A stretch of 64,000 nt of DNA from contig CAWDDT010000006.1 in NCBI GenBank assembly GCA_963801165.1, positions 256,001 to 320,000 of the forward strand, in the 5' to 3' direction. The first letter of the stretch is position 1; each line of letters opens with the position of its first letter. Below the pieces are notes generated by a model. It ran no database searches, was not told where the DNA came from, and was given only the letters and a program-made list of their open reading frames with translations. The position numbers and the translations under genes are program-made. This DNA is from an uncultured bacterium (GTDB lineage: Bacteria > Actinomycetota > Acidimicrobiia > Spongiisociales > UBA5794). Below, piece by piece: positions 43,642 through 53,343 of this stretch.

Positions 43642-46167
43642 TCAGATCTTCATGCGTTCGTCGTCGGGGTCGAACAGCGGCTTGCTCCCTACCCGGGCCA
43701 CGGTCACCGGATATGTCTCGTTCATGTACATCACCTGAAGCGATGACCCCTCGACGGCATGTTCCGGCGGCAGGTACGCCATCAGCAGATACGCTCCCAA
43801 CGACGGTCCGGCGCCGGCCGAAGTGACCCGGGACACCCGGCCTTTGGCGTCGACAATCCGCTCGCCGTCCAACGTGAGAATCGGCTCGTTGCCGCCTGCC
43901 GGATAGCGGGCAACGCCGGAAGCGCTCGTGTGGTCATCCACGGTCAACGTGCACAGCACCGTTACCGGGTCCGCCTCCCGTGCGGCGAGGTAGGCATCCT
44001 TACCGATGAAATCGGCCTTCTTGACCTTCCGTCGTGCCAGCCCTGCCTCCACCGGGGTGTACTCCGATTCCAGCTCGGCACCCATGAGGCGGTAGCCCTT
44101 CTCGAGCCGGCCGGTGGTTCCGTATACCCCGATGCCAACGGGCCGAACGTCGAACGGCTGCCCCGCATTCCACAGAGTGTCCCACAGGCGGAGACCGTGC
44201 TCCATGGCGGTGTAGACCTCCCAGCCGTTCTCCCCCACGTACGAGATGCGGAACATCCGACACGGGATCCCGTCGATGAGCACCTCCCGGGTGGTCCCGT
44301 AGGGGAACGCGTCCTGGGACAGGTCGGCGTCGGTCACGCTCGCCATCATCGCCGCAGCGTCCGGCCCCCAGACTCCTATCGTGGTGAGCGCGGAGGTGCG
44401 GTTCTCGAACTGGACCGATCCGTCCCCCGGCTGGTTGCGCCGGAACCAGTACTCATCACGGCCACCGTCGAAGGCTCCGGTCACGATCCGGAACCGGTCC
44501 GGAGCAAGCCGCAGGATCGTCAGGTCGGAGCGGAAGCCGCCGTTCTCGGCCAGGACCGGGGTATACACCGCACGACCGACAGAAACGTCGCATTTGTTGA
44601 CCGTCATCCGCTCGATGTATTCGAGGACGCCCGGACCTGAAACGTCGAAGATCTGGAAGGCAGTGAGGTCCACCATCCCCACCTTCTCTCGCATGTGAAG
44701 GTGCTCCCCGTTGATGATCGGCGACCACCATCGGCCGTCCCACTCGTCGGCGCGGTCGGCGACCCCGTACCGGGCGACGAGATCGGAGTTCGACTCGTAC
44801 CACTGGGGCCGCTCCCAACCCCGGGCGTCGTAGAACACCGCGCCCAGGGCTTCCTCCCGCGCGGCAAACGGTGCACGGTTCATCCCGCGCTCGGTCTCCC
44901 ACTGCTCGCGGGGATGGACAATGCCGTACGTCTTGTTGAAGTGCTCGCCGCAGCGGGCGTAGATGTGGTGCTCGGTGCGCTCGTGCGGGTAGAAGCGGGC
45001 AATGTCGGACCCGTGCGGGTCGCAGATATGGGGATACCCGAACGTCATCCATTCAGCGACCAGCTGGGCGATCGCCGGGCCTTCCTTGACCCACACGGCC
45101 GCCGCCGACCACAGGTTCTCGACCTCGACGGTCTCACCCAACACCGGCATGGCGTCGGGAGTGAGCGAAAGCAGCCCGTTGATGGCGTAGCGAATCTCGG
45201 CCGTCTCCAGGATCTCCCCCATGATCTCGAGGGCGTCCTCGAGCTGGGGATCGAAGTCGTCCTGGGTAAACGGCAGCTCGGTTGGTGACAGGGCTGCCTC
45301 GTCGTTCGATGGGATGTCGTCCGGGTGATGGAAGATGGGTCGGTGGGCATAGCTGCCGACCTCCATCGAACCCGCCGACTGCCGCTCATACATGAAGGTG
45401 TCCATGTCCCGGACGATGGGATAGCCGATCTCGTTGCCGGTTTGCTGGAGGATGTCGATCGGCCCCACATCGGCCATCTGGTGCACGGCGGGGGTCAGCG
45501 GGATCCTGGCACCGGCCATTGCTGCGATGCGGGGGCTCCACACGCCACAGGCGACGACCACGTGCTCGGCCGCGATCCGGCCCTGGTCGGTGACGACGGC
45601 GGAGATCCGGGGCCGCTTGTAGGGAACCGGTTCGGTCTCGAGGTCGAGCACCTCCGTGTTGGCGAAGACACGCAACACGCCGGCATCGCGGGCCTTCTCT
45701 CGCATAATCGTCCCGAACCCGAGCGAGTCGACCACGGAGACGCTCGGAGTGTAGAAACCGCCGAGAATCACATTGGGGTCGACGAATGGGACCAGTTCAA
45801 CAACTTCCTCCGGGGTGAGCAATCGTGACTCGATGCCCCAGGCGGTGGCCGAGGTCATGCGGCGGCGCAGCTCCTCCATGCGCGCCTCGGTGCGGGCGAC
45901 CTCGATGCCGCCGCTGGTTGTGTTGAGCCTCGCGTCCCCGTACTGGCGCTGGCTCTCCACGGTGAGTAGCGCCATCTCTTTGTTGTGGTCGGTGGGAAAA
46001 ATGAAGTTGGAGGCGTGACCTGTCGATCCCCCCGGGTTGGGCAGGGGTCCCTTGTCGATCAGGATTATGTCGGTCCATCCCAGTTCGGCCAAATGACCCA
46101 CAAGGGAATTGCCGACAATCCCGGCACCGATCACCACCACCTGCGCACGATCCGGAAGCTCGCTCAC
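43642..46167 (-). CDS. Dimethylglycine/sarcosine dehydrogenase-like flavoprotein with GcvT domain
   Basis: VIGAGIVG, GSTGHA (covalent-FAD His), TPDAMP, GWERP, RISYVGENGWE, RLEKGYR. Confidence 0.92.
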   Translation of the reverse strand: MSELPDRAQVVVIGAGIVGNSLVGHLAELGWTDIILIDKGPLPNPGGSTGHASNFIFPTDHNKEMALLTVESQRQYGDARLNTTSGGIEVARTEARMEELRRRMTSATAWGIESRLLTPEEVVELVPFVDPNVILGGFYTPSVSVVDSLGFGTIMREKARDAGVLRVFANTEVLDLETEPVPYKRPRISAVVTDQGRIAAEHVVVACGVWSPRIAAMAGARIPLTPAVHQMADVGPIDILQQTGNEIGYPIVRDMDTFMYERQSAGSMEVGSYAHRPIFHHPDDIPSNDEAALSPTELPFTQDDFDPQLEDALEIMGEILETAEIRYAINGLLSLTPDAMPVLGETVEVENLWSAAAVWVKEGPAIAQLVAEWMTFGYPHICDPHGSDIARFYPHERTEHHIYARCGEHFNKTYGIVHPREQWETERGMNRAPFAAREEALGAVFYDARGWERPQWYESNSDLVARYGVADRADEWDGRWWSPIINGEHLHMREKVGMVDLTAFQIFDVSGPGVLEYIERMTVNKCDVSVGRAVYTPVLAENGGFRSDLTILRLAPDRFRIVTGAFDGGRDEYWFRRNQPGDGSVQFENRTSALTTIGVWGPDAAAMMASVTDADLSQDAFPYGTTREVLIDGIPCRMFRISYVGENGWEVYTAMEHGLRLWDTLWNAGQPFDVRPVGIGVYGTTGRLEKGYRLMGAELESEYTPVEAGLARRKVKKADFIGKDAYLAAREADPVTVLCTLTVDDHTSASGVARYPAGGNEPILTLDGERIVDAKGRVSRVTSAGAGPSLGAYLLMAYLPPEHAVEGSSLQVMYMNETYPVTVARVGSKPLFDPDDERMKI

Positions 46168-46179
46168 GTGTCTCCTTCC

Positions 46180-46189
46180 TGATATATCA
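46180..46189. promoter_or_regulatory. GntR-type operator palindrome
   Basis: TGATATATCA perfect palindrome between the divergent dehydrogenase and gntR genes. Confidence 0.55.
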
Positions 46190-46250
46190 TTAGCGTACGA
46201 TTCATGTTGCAGGATCGTCAAGTCATCCATGGACTCCAGAAGGCGACACC

Positions 46251-46892
46251 GTGACCGTACCGAATGCCACCAATCCCCGTCCCAACCAGGCTGACCTCGC
46301 CTATGAGACGGTACGCGACCTGCTGATCCGCCTGGACGTCCCGCCCGGTGCCCCGATTGTCGAGGCCGACCTCATGGCTCGCACCGGGTTCGGACGAACC
46401 CCGCTCCGGGAAGCGCTCAACCGTCTCGAGTCGGAGCAGCTCGTCAACATCTTCCCGCGCCGCGGCACCTTTGCTGCAGACATCAATCTCGCCGATCTGG
46501 CGCTTATCACCGACCTGCGCCAGGAGCTGGAGGGTCACGCCGCCGCCCGGGCCGCCGTGCGGGCGACGCAGCCGGAACGAGCCTCGCTACAGGCGTTGGT
46601 GCACGAGATGGAGGAGGGCACCGAGGCGCAGATGGAGTTCGACACCAGGATTCATCGTGCCATCTACGCCGCCGCCCACAACCGGTTCCTCGAAGAGACC
46701 GCTACCCGCTATCACAACCTGTCGATGCGCATCTGGCGTCTCTTCGTGGACCGGCTCCCCGATCTCCGCACCCACATCGAGGAGCATCAGACCCTCATCG
46801 CAGCCATCGTCGCCACGGACGCCGACCAGGCCCGTGCCATAGCCCGCCAACATGTCCGCGGCTTCGAAGAAGCAGTACGCATACTGCTGTAG
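46251..46892 (+). CDS. GntR-family (FCD) regulator
   Basis: GRTPLREALNRLE..PRRGTF HTH; FDTRIH..AHNRFL..EHQ. Confidence 0.94.
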   Translation: MTVPNATNPRPNQADLAYETVRDLLIRLDVPPGAPIVEADLMARTGFGRTPLREALNRLESEQLVNIFPRRGTFAADINLADLALITDLRQELEGHAAARAAVRATQPERASLQALVHEMEEGTEAQMEFDTRIHRAIYAAAHNRFLEETATRYHNLSMRIWRLFVDRLPDLRTHIEEHQTLIAAIVATDADQARAIARQHVRGFEEAVRILL

Positions 46893-46950
46893 AACCGTGG
46901 GCTGGCATTTACCAGCCATCCGCCCGCGCACTTGCACCGGAGGGAATTCA

Positions 46951-47001
46951 CCCTCCCCCTGGGAGGGTGAGCGGCCGCCGCAAGCGGCTCACCGGGGAGG
47001 G
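46951..47001. repeat. REP-like nested palindrome / terminator
   Basis: CCCTCCCC...GGGGAGGG outer stem and GGTGAGC...GCTCACC inner stem between convergent genes. Confidence 0.5.
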
Positions 47002-47055
47002 CCTTCCTCCGCTCCCGGCCACATTGGCCTGCCGCTAGCTCCCGACCCGCTCCTC

Positions 47056-47904
47056 TTACCCCAATGCTTCGAGGCTGGACTCGACGTATTGGGCTATGTC
47101 GCGGAAGGAGGTGACCGCTACCGGCCGGTCTGTCTCGCCCAGGAGCGGGACGTGGGAGAACCCGTGGGCGGCGATCTCGGCGATGGCACCGGCGATAGGT
47201 GAGCGCACACGCAGCGCCACCGGGTCGGGGGTCATGATTTCCCCGACTTCGATCTGGTCGAGGTCGCTGCGGTCGCAGCCGATCTTCTCGAGAAGGTCGT
47301 ATTCGGTGAGGACGCCCACGAGGGATTCGCGACTGTCGACAACTAGCACCGAACCGATGCCGCGGGCCCGCATATGGTGCGCCGCCACATCGGCGGTCTC
47401 GTCTGTGGTCACTGTTACGGGCGGGTTGGTGGGGAGCCCCGTGAAGTCGACAAACGACAGCCCGTGTTGTAGCTCGGGCTCGTCGGCGGCTCCCAGCCGG
47501 GCCGAGAGCAGATCTGCCATCGCGGTCATTACTACGTAAAACGAGAGGTTACCCACGAGCGTTTCCTCGTCGGTGACCGGCACGTTGCGCACCCACCAGT
47601 CGCTCATGATGGCAAGCCCCTGCCACACGGAATCCGTCGACCTCATCGTGCGCACCCGGATCGTCATCTCTTCAGTGATCGGCCGATCCCAGGTGCCGGG
47701 TCGCCCGATTACTCGATGCAGTACGTCGCGCTGAGTGAACACTCCGACAACCCGCCCGGAATCGACGACACACGCGCACGCCCGGTGGGCGGCTCGCATC
47801 TTGCCGACAGTGGTAGCCACCGTCGCGTCGCGGACAACCGCCACATAGCGGCTGAGATCCACGTCCGTGACCGGCATCGCGGCCAGGCTGTCAGCAATGT
47901 TCAT
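47056..47904 (-). CDS. Four-CBS-domain protein
   Basis: VVGVFTQRD, VRNVPV, GIGSVLVVD..LVGVLTEYD, FSHVPL; start taken at ATG 47904. Confidence 0.85.
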   Translation of the reverse strand: MNIADSLAAMPVTDVDLSRYVAVVRDATVATTVGKMRAAHRACACVVDSGRVVGVFTQRDVLHRVIGRPGTWDRPITEEMTIRVRTMRSTDSVWQGLAIMSDWWVRNVPVTDEETLVGNLSFYVVMTAMADLLSARLGAADEPELQHGLSFVDFTGLPTNPPVTVTTDETADVAAHHMRARGIGSVLVVDSRESLVGVLTEYDLLEKIGCDRSDLDQIEVGEIMTPDPVALRVRSPIAGAIAEIAAHGFSHVPLLGETDRPVAVTSFRDIAQYVESSLEALG

Positions 47905-47965
47905 GGTCGACCTCTTCTCTCTTCGTCGCGCCGCAGTCCGCCGCCCATCATGCCATCTCGCCCCA

Positions 47966-49525
47966 TTACGCCGAATCCCGCTCGGCGGCGATCTCGGTCC
48001 GACGGCGCGCCATGAATTCCTGCAACTCCTCGACCACGGCATCGTCGAGCGGCGGGGGCTCGTATCGAGCGAGCCGTTCCTTCCACACCTTGTTGGCCCG
48101 CGCGACCGAGTCTTCGGCCCCCTCCTCACTCCACTGCTCGAAGCTGTCGTTGTTGGCCAGTTCGGACACCCAGAACGCCGACGTGTAGTTGTCGAAAGTG
48201 TGCGGGTTGTCCAGGAAATGCTTCCCCGGCCCGTTGCCGAGGATCGCATCCAGCGCCAGGCCATTGTCGGATAGATCGACGCCGGATATCAACGCCTGGG
48301 CCGCGCCCAGCTGATCATCGTCGAGAACGAACTTCTCGTAGCCGGCGACCAGCCCGCCCTCCAGCCACCCGGCCGCGTGCAGCACGAAGTTGACACCGCC
48401 GAGCAGCGTCGGACTGAGCGTAAGCGCGGCTTCATAGGCCGCCTGTGCGTCGGGAACCTTGGATGCGGTCAGGGTTCCTCCGGAACGGAACGGCACGGCG
48501 AGCCGTCGGGCCAGAGCAGCCACCGTGTACAGGACCAGAGCCGGCTCCGGAGTTCCGAACGTAGGCGCACCGGACTGCATCGACATCGACGACGCAAACG
48601 AGCCGAACACCACCGGGGCACCGGGGCGGACCATCTGGCAGAAGGCCATCCCGGCCATGGCCTCGGCCAGGGTCTGGGTGGCCGTTCCCGCCACCGTGAC
48701 GGGAGACATTGCCCCGGCGAGGATGAACGGGGTGATGATCACCGCCTGCCCCGCCTCGACGTAGGTGCGAGCTGACGCCAGCATCGAGAAGTCCCAGGAG
48801 AGCGGCGAGTTGGCGTTGATCAGCGAGAGCAACACCGTGTTGTTCTCGACGGTGTCGGCACCAAAGAGGATCCGGGCCATGTCCACTGTGTCACGGGCCC
48901 GGTCGGGATGGGTGACCGACCCCATGAACGGTTTGTCACTCAACCGCATGTGTGCGTAAACCATGTCGAGGTGGCGCTCCTCCACCGGGAGGTCGACGGG
49001 CTCGCAGACGGTCCCACCGGAGTGGTGCAAATTGCGCGAGACGTATGCCAGCTTCACCAGGTTCTCGAAGTCCTCGTAGGTCGCATAGCGGCGACCCCCG
49101 TCGAGGTCGCGTACAAATGGCGGCCCGTAGACGGGAGCGAATACGACATGCGGTCCACCTATGGTGACCGACCGCTCCGGTTTGCGAGCCAGTTGTGTGA
49201 AAGAGCCCGGGGCGTACTGCGCGATGAGGGAGCGGCACAGCCCGCGCGGAAAGCGCACTCTTGTTCCTTCGACCTCCGCTCCCCCGTCACGAAAGATCCT
49301 CAATGCCTCCGGGTAGTCGACGATCTCCACCCCGACGCGCTCGAGGATCGTGTCGGCGTTCTCCTCGATCAGCGACAGACCCTCCTCGCTGATCACCTCA
49401 TACGGCGCCAGGGAGCGGGTCAGAAACGGTGCTTGCTGCATTTCGGAGGCCGCAACGCGCGCCGCCCGGCGGGCCTCGCTACCGCCCCCGCGCCGGCGCC
49501 CTGTCCTATTGGTTCGGTCGGTCAC
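47966..49525 (-). CDS. Non-pyrrolysine MttB-family methyltransferase (MtgB-like)
   Basis: YGPPFVRD, HHSGGTVCEP, NANSPL, SGAPTFGTPE, SKVPDAQAAYE, HAAGWLEGG; no in-frame TAG. Confidence 0.92.
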   Translation of the reverse strand: MTDRTNRTGRRRGGGSEARRAARVAASEMQQAPFLTRSLAPYEVISEEGLSLIEENADTILERVGVEIVDYPEALRIFRDGGAEVEGTRVRFPRGLCRSLIAQYAPGSFTQLARKPERSVTIGGPHVVFAPVYGPPFVRDLDGGRRYATYEDFENLVKLAYVSRNLHHSGGTVCEPVDLPVEERHLDMVYAHMRLSDKPFMGSVTHPDRARDTVDMARILFGADTVENNTVLLSLINANSPLSWDFSMLASARTYVEAGQAVIITPFILAGAMSPVTVAGTATQTLAEAMAGMAFCQMVRPGAPVVFGSFASSMSMQSGAPTFGTPEPALVLYTVAALARRLAVPFRSGGTLTASKVPDAQAAYEAALTLSPTLLGGVNFVLHAAGWLEGGLVAGYEKFVLDDDQLGAAQALISGVDLSDNGLALDAILGNGPGKHFLDNPHTFDNYTSAFWVSELANNDSFEQWSEEGAEDSVARANKVWKERLARYEPPPLDDAVVEELQEFMARRRTEIAAERDSA

Positions 49526-51522
49526 GCTGGATCCCTCCTTCCCCTTCGACGCTTTCGTGTCGCGGTGATGGCGGGAAGGTTCACCACCGCGGCCAGGTTC
49601 GGGTGCTCTGCGGGGCCGCTCGGCAGCGCCATGGCCGCCACGAAATGTTCCTGGAATCGGGGGGCGACCGCTGTCTCGATCTTGTCGATCTTGTGTACAA
49701 CGTCTTCGATCTCGGTCCGGGCGGCTCCATTCAGCAGGGCGATGATCGCACCGCTGCCGGCGGCGTTCCCGGCGGCCGACACCCGCGTCAGGTCACAGTC
49801 CGGAATGAGCCCGAGGACCATGGCGTGCAACGTGTCGATGTGGCTACCGAAGGCACCGGCCAGACGAATCTGGTCAACATGATCGACACCGAGGTGGTCC
49901 ATGAGCAGCTGCACGCCGGCGTGCAGCGCCGCCTTGGCAAGCTGGATGGCCCGAATGTCGTTCTGGGTGACGCTCACCGCATTGCAGACCCTGTACGAGA
50001 ACGTTCGGTCGTCGGACACGATCCGGTCGGTGCGCTCGCCCGCGTCGGCGACGAAGCTGCCGTCGGTGCCGACCAACCCCGCCAGATACAGCTCGGCGAC
50101 GGCCTCGATGATCCCCGATCCACAGATTCCCGACACACCGACCGCAGCGACGTCGGCCTCGAAGCTCTCCTCGTCGGACCAGGTGTCGCACCCGATGACC
50201 TTGTAGCGCGGCTCGAGCGTCAGCGGATCCACCCGCACCCGCTCGATCGCACCGGGGGCGGCCCGTTGCCCGGCTGAGATCTGCGCTCCCTCGAAGGCGG
50301 GCCCGGTCGGGCTCGACGCCGCCAACAAGCGCTCCCGGCCTCCCAGCACGATCTCGGCGTTCGTCCCCACGTCCACCAACAGTTGGATCCCGTCGGCCCG
50401 ATACGGCGCCTCGGAGAGAATGGCCGCCGCGGTGTCGGCGCCGACGTGCCCGGCGACACAGGGAAGGGCATACAGCCGGGCCGCCCGGGGAACGTCCAGA
50501 TCCAGATCGGCAGCGTCGGTGTCGATGGCGTCTGCGGTGGCGAGGGCAAACGGAGCCGTCCCCAGCGGTCTCACGTCGAACCCGAAGACAAGGTGGTGCA
50601 TGATCGGGTTGCCCACCAGGGTGAGCTCCAGGACGTCCTCCCGGGCTACGTCCGCTTGATCTACGAGCTCGCCGATCATCAGATCCAGTGCTTCCCGCAC
50701 CGCGTTGGTCAGCTCCGCGGATCCTTCCGGGTGCATCATGACGTACGAGACCCGGCTCATCAGGTCTTCGCCGAACCGGATCTGAGGGTTCATCCTCCCC
50801 GTCGACGCGATCGTCTCCCCGGTCCGCAGATCGCACAGGTAACCCGCCAGCGTGGTCGAGCCGACGTCGAAGGCCGCACCGAGGGCAACATCCCGGAACC
50901 CCGGCCAGGCGGCCACAACGCGGGCACCGTCCCGCACCGCAACGGTGATGCCTTCCTCGGGAACGGAAAGCGCCGATCTGATGTCGGCGATCGCCGCGGT
51001 GGTGACCGTCAGCCCGTCGAGATGCCACTCGGTGAGAAGCGCCCGAAGCGTGCGCTGCACGTCCCCCACCGAATCGTCCAGGGTGGGCGGCGGCACCTCC
51101 AGGTAATAAAGGCGGAGCACCGGGTCCAGTGTGATGGCGGCGACCTCGACCCTCTTGCGGACCACTTGACGGTGGAGCTGGCTGTCGGCGGGAACGTCGA
51201 CAACCACGTCACCCGCGATACGTGTCTTGCACCCCAGCCGCCGCCCGACGGCCAGGCCCTTGCGCTCGGCGTAGCGTTCCTCGTCTTCTGTGAACGGGGT
51301 GAGGCTCGCATCGGTTGACCCAAGACCATGGGCGGGGGTGTTGCCCGACACAGGGACGATCTGGCAGCGGCCGCAGATGCTACGGCCGCCACAGACCGAA
51401 TCGAGATCAACGCCGAGGGCGCGGGCGGCGTCGAGAACACTCGTGCCGCGCTCAAACTCCCCTCGTCTCCCCGATGGGGTGAAGACGATGCGGGCCTTGT
51501 CAGGTCCCGTTGCCATCGCCAC
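49522..51522 (-). CDS. Corrinoid reductive activase (RACo/RamA-like; 2Fe-2S plus ASKHA domains)
   Basis: CGGRSICGRC..RLGC, DVGSTT, DVGTNAE, GPAFEG, GICGSG, LAGAFG. Confidence 0.92.
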   Translation of the reverse strand: MAMATGPDKARIVFTPSGRRGEFERGTSVLDAARALGVDLDSVCGGRSICGRCQIVPVSGNTPAHGLGSTDASLTPFTEDEERYAERKGLAVGRRLGCKTRIAGDVVVDVPADSQLHRQVVRKRVEVAAITLDPVLRLYYLEVPPPTLDDSVGDVQRTLRALLTEWHLDGLTVTTAAIADIRSALSVPEEGITVAVRDGARVVAAWPGFRDVALGAAFDVGSTTLAGYLCDLRTGETIASTGRMNPQIRFGEDLMSRVSYVMMHPEGSAELTNAVREALDLMIGELVDQADVAREDVLELTLVGNPIMHHLVFGFDVRPLGTAPFALATADAIDTDAADLDLDVPRAARLYALPCVAGHVGADTAAAILSEAPYRADGIQLLVDVGTNAEIVLGGRERLLAASSPTGPAFEGAQISAGQRAAPGAIERVRVDPLTLEPRYKVIGCDTWSDEESFEADVAAVGVSGICGSGIIEAVAELYLAGLVGTDGSFVADAGERTDRIVSDDRTFSYRVCNAVSVTQNDIRAIQLAKAALHAGVQLLMDHLGVDHVDQIRLAGAFGSHIDTLHAMVLGLIPDCDLTRVSAAGNAAGSGAIIALLNGAARTEIEDVVHKIDKIETAVAPRFQEHFVAAMALPSGPAEHPNLAAVVNLPAITATRKRRRGRRDPA

Positions 51523-52405
51523 CCCTTTTGCGCCGTCCGCTGCGGCGCCGCTCGAGCTGGTCGGGAGAGCGGTGGGTCGTGATCCAGCGGAACATGTCGG
51601 GGTCGTTGCCGAGCAACACGTCCCCGGCCATCACCGCCGCCTTCACCTCGTCGTAGAGCGGATTGGTTATCGCGGAAGTGAGCCCGGCCGTCATCGCCAT
51701 TGTGAGGAACGCACCGTTGATGAGCTCGCGCCGGGGCAGGCCGAAGCTTATGTTGGACGCCCCGCAGGTTGTGTTGACGCCGAGCTCGTCACGCAGCCGC
51801 CCCAACAACGCAAACACCTGGCGTCCGGCGGTGCGTATCGCCCCTACCGGCATGACCAGGGGGTCGACGACCACGTCCTCCCGAGGAATCCCGTAATCCG
51901 CGGCCGCAGACACGATCTTGCGCGCAACCTCGAACCGCACATCCGGGTCCTCGGAGATACCGGTCTCGTCGTTGGCGATAGCGACCACCGCGGCGCCGTG
52001 GCGAGCGACCAGCGGCAGCACTTTGTGCATCACCTCGTCTTCCCCGGTCACCGAGTTGACGAGCGGTTTCCCCTGGTAAGCCGCGAGACCCGCCTCGAGC
52101 GCGGCGACGATGGACGAGTCGATCGACAGCGGCACGTTGACGAGCGCCTGTACCCGTTTGATCGTTTCGGCAAGGATTGCGGGCTCGTCCGCCAGCGGTA
52201 TCCCGGCGTTGACGTCCAGCATGTGAGCGCCGCTTTCGACCTGTGCGACCGCGTCCCTCTCGACACGGGAGAAGTCGCCGGCCTTCATCTCCTCGGCGAG
52301 CACTTTGCGCCCGGTCGGATTGATGCGTTCGCCGATGATCACAAACGGTTCCTCGGACCCGATCGCCACCTCACGGCCTACGCCGGACAGAACGGTCCTT
52401 GTCAT
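51500..52405 (-). CDS. Methyltetrahydrofolate:corrinoid methyltransferase (pterin-binding)
   Basis: IIGERINPTG, LDVNAG, SIDS, VNSVTGE, DPLV, GASNISFGLP. Confidence 0.9.
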   Translation of the reverse strand: MTRTVLSGVGREVAIGSEEPFVIIGERINPTGRKVLAEEMKAGDFSRVERDAVAQVESGAHMLDVNAGIPLADEPAILAETIKRVQALVNVPLSIDSSIVAALEAGLAAYQGKPLVNSVTGEDEVMHKVLPLVARHGAAVVAIANDETGISEDPDVRFEVARKIVSAAADYGIPREDVVVDPLVMPVGAIRTAGRQVFALLGRLRDELGVNTTCGASNISFGLPRRELINGAFLTMAMTAGLTSAITNPLYDEVKAAVMAGDVLLGNDPDMFRWITTHRSPDQLERRRSGRRKRGGDGNGT

Positions 52406-52752
52406 CCCCGATCACTCCCATCTTGTGAATCGCCTGCATCGGGGCGGAAGCCGCCGTTGTCGACGTACTGGAGAAGAACTTTGTTGGTGAATCGGCTTTC
52501 CAGCTCATCGGCCGCTTCGTCGGCCGCTGCCTCCAGATCGGCGCCGCAGGGCGTCTCGGTCTTTCGCCATTCACCCAGGTACTCGTTCGTTGTGCGCTTC
52601 CCCGCACGGGTAGCGGCTTTGTCGATCGCTCTCTGGAACCGCTCAGTCAGCTGGACGCTCGTCTTCTTGCGCCCGTTCCGGGCTGTCACCTGGGCTGGGA
52701 TGTCTCGCCAGGAGATGGTGATGAGTCGGTTTCCCTCGCTCATCCGTCTCAT
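52402..52752 (-). CDS. 'Virulence factor' domain small protein of cobalamin methyl-transfer clusters
   Basis: WRDIPAQV..LTERFQRAIDKAA..YLGEWR. Confidence 0.8.
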   Translation of the reverse strand: MRRMSEGNRLITISWRDIPAQVTARNGRKKTSVQLTERFQRAIDKAATRAGKRTTNEYLGEWRKTETPCGADLEAAADEAADELESRFTNKVLLQYVDNGGFRPDAGDSQDGSDRG

Positions 52753-53342
52753 ACGACCGACTCCAAACGAATGAGCGAGGTTTGCAGGTGCCCGTAGCCA
52801 ACGATCAGACGCTCATAGCTGAGCCGGAGCTTGGCCGCCGCGCTTCGCCCGGCTCGTTCCGCCTCGAGATCGTCTGTCTGGCCGAGATGAACGACCCGTC
52901 GGTAGTTGCCGAAGTACATGGGGTATAGCTCGGGGTGCTTGTCCAGGCCGAGCCCGCGCATCACCAGCCGGTCGAAGTGGCGGGCGAGGAAATCCGTGAG
53001 GTAGAACGTGCCCGGCTCGGCGTCTTGGACGAGGGCGAACACCGGTGACGTAGCGAAGAACTCGTAGCAGTGGGCGCCGGGCAGCCGTTCGATCCCTTCC
53101 TGATCGAGCAGCCGGTCGAGCCCGCCGCCGGTACCGCAGTCACCGTAGGCAACGAAGATGTGCTCGTAGCGTTCCCGGGCCCGGGTGATGCGGTCGGCGA
53201 CGGCTCTGGGAATCCGGTCCGGGTAATTATGTAGCGAGGCGGGGAGACACTCGACGCTGAGCGTGTCGAGCTTGTTTCGGTTGATGATGTCCTTCAGCTC
53301 GCCGGCCAGCGCCCCGCAAGCGATGACTAGCGTACCCTGCAT
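52749..53342 (-). CDS. DUF1638 family protein
   Basis: IACGALA, LHNYP, YGDCGTGG, HCYEFF, FYLTDFL. Confidence 0.88.
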   Translation of the reverse strand: MQGTLVIACGALAGELKDIINRNKLDTLSVECLPASLHNYPDRIPRAVADRITRARERYEHIFVAYGDCGTGGGLDRLLDQEGIERLPGAHCYEFFATSPVFALVQDAEPGTFYLTDFLARHFDRLVMRGLGLDKHPELYPMYFGNYRRVVHLGQTDDLEAERAGRSAAAKLRLSYERLIVGYGHLQTSLIRLESVV

Positions 53343-53343
53343 A

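Noticed and set aside
47966-49525. Pyrrolysine-containing trimethylamine methyltransferase
   Set aside because: ORF is continuous with no in-frame TAG, and no pyl genes are seen
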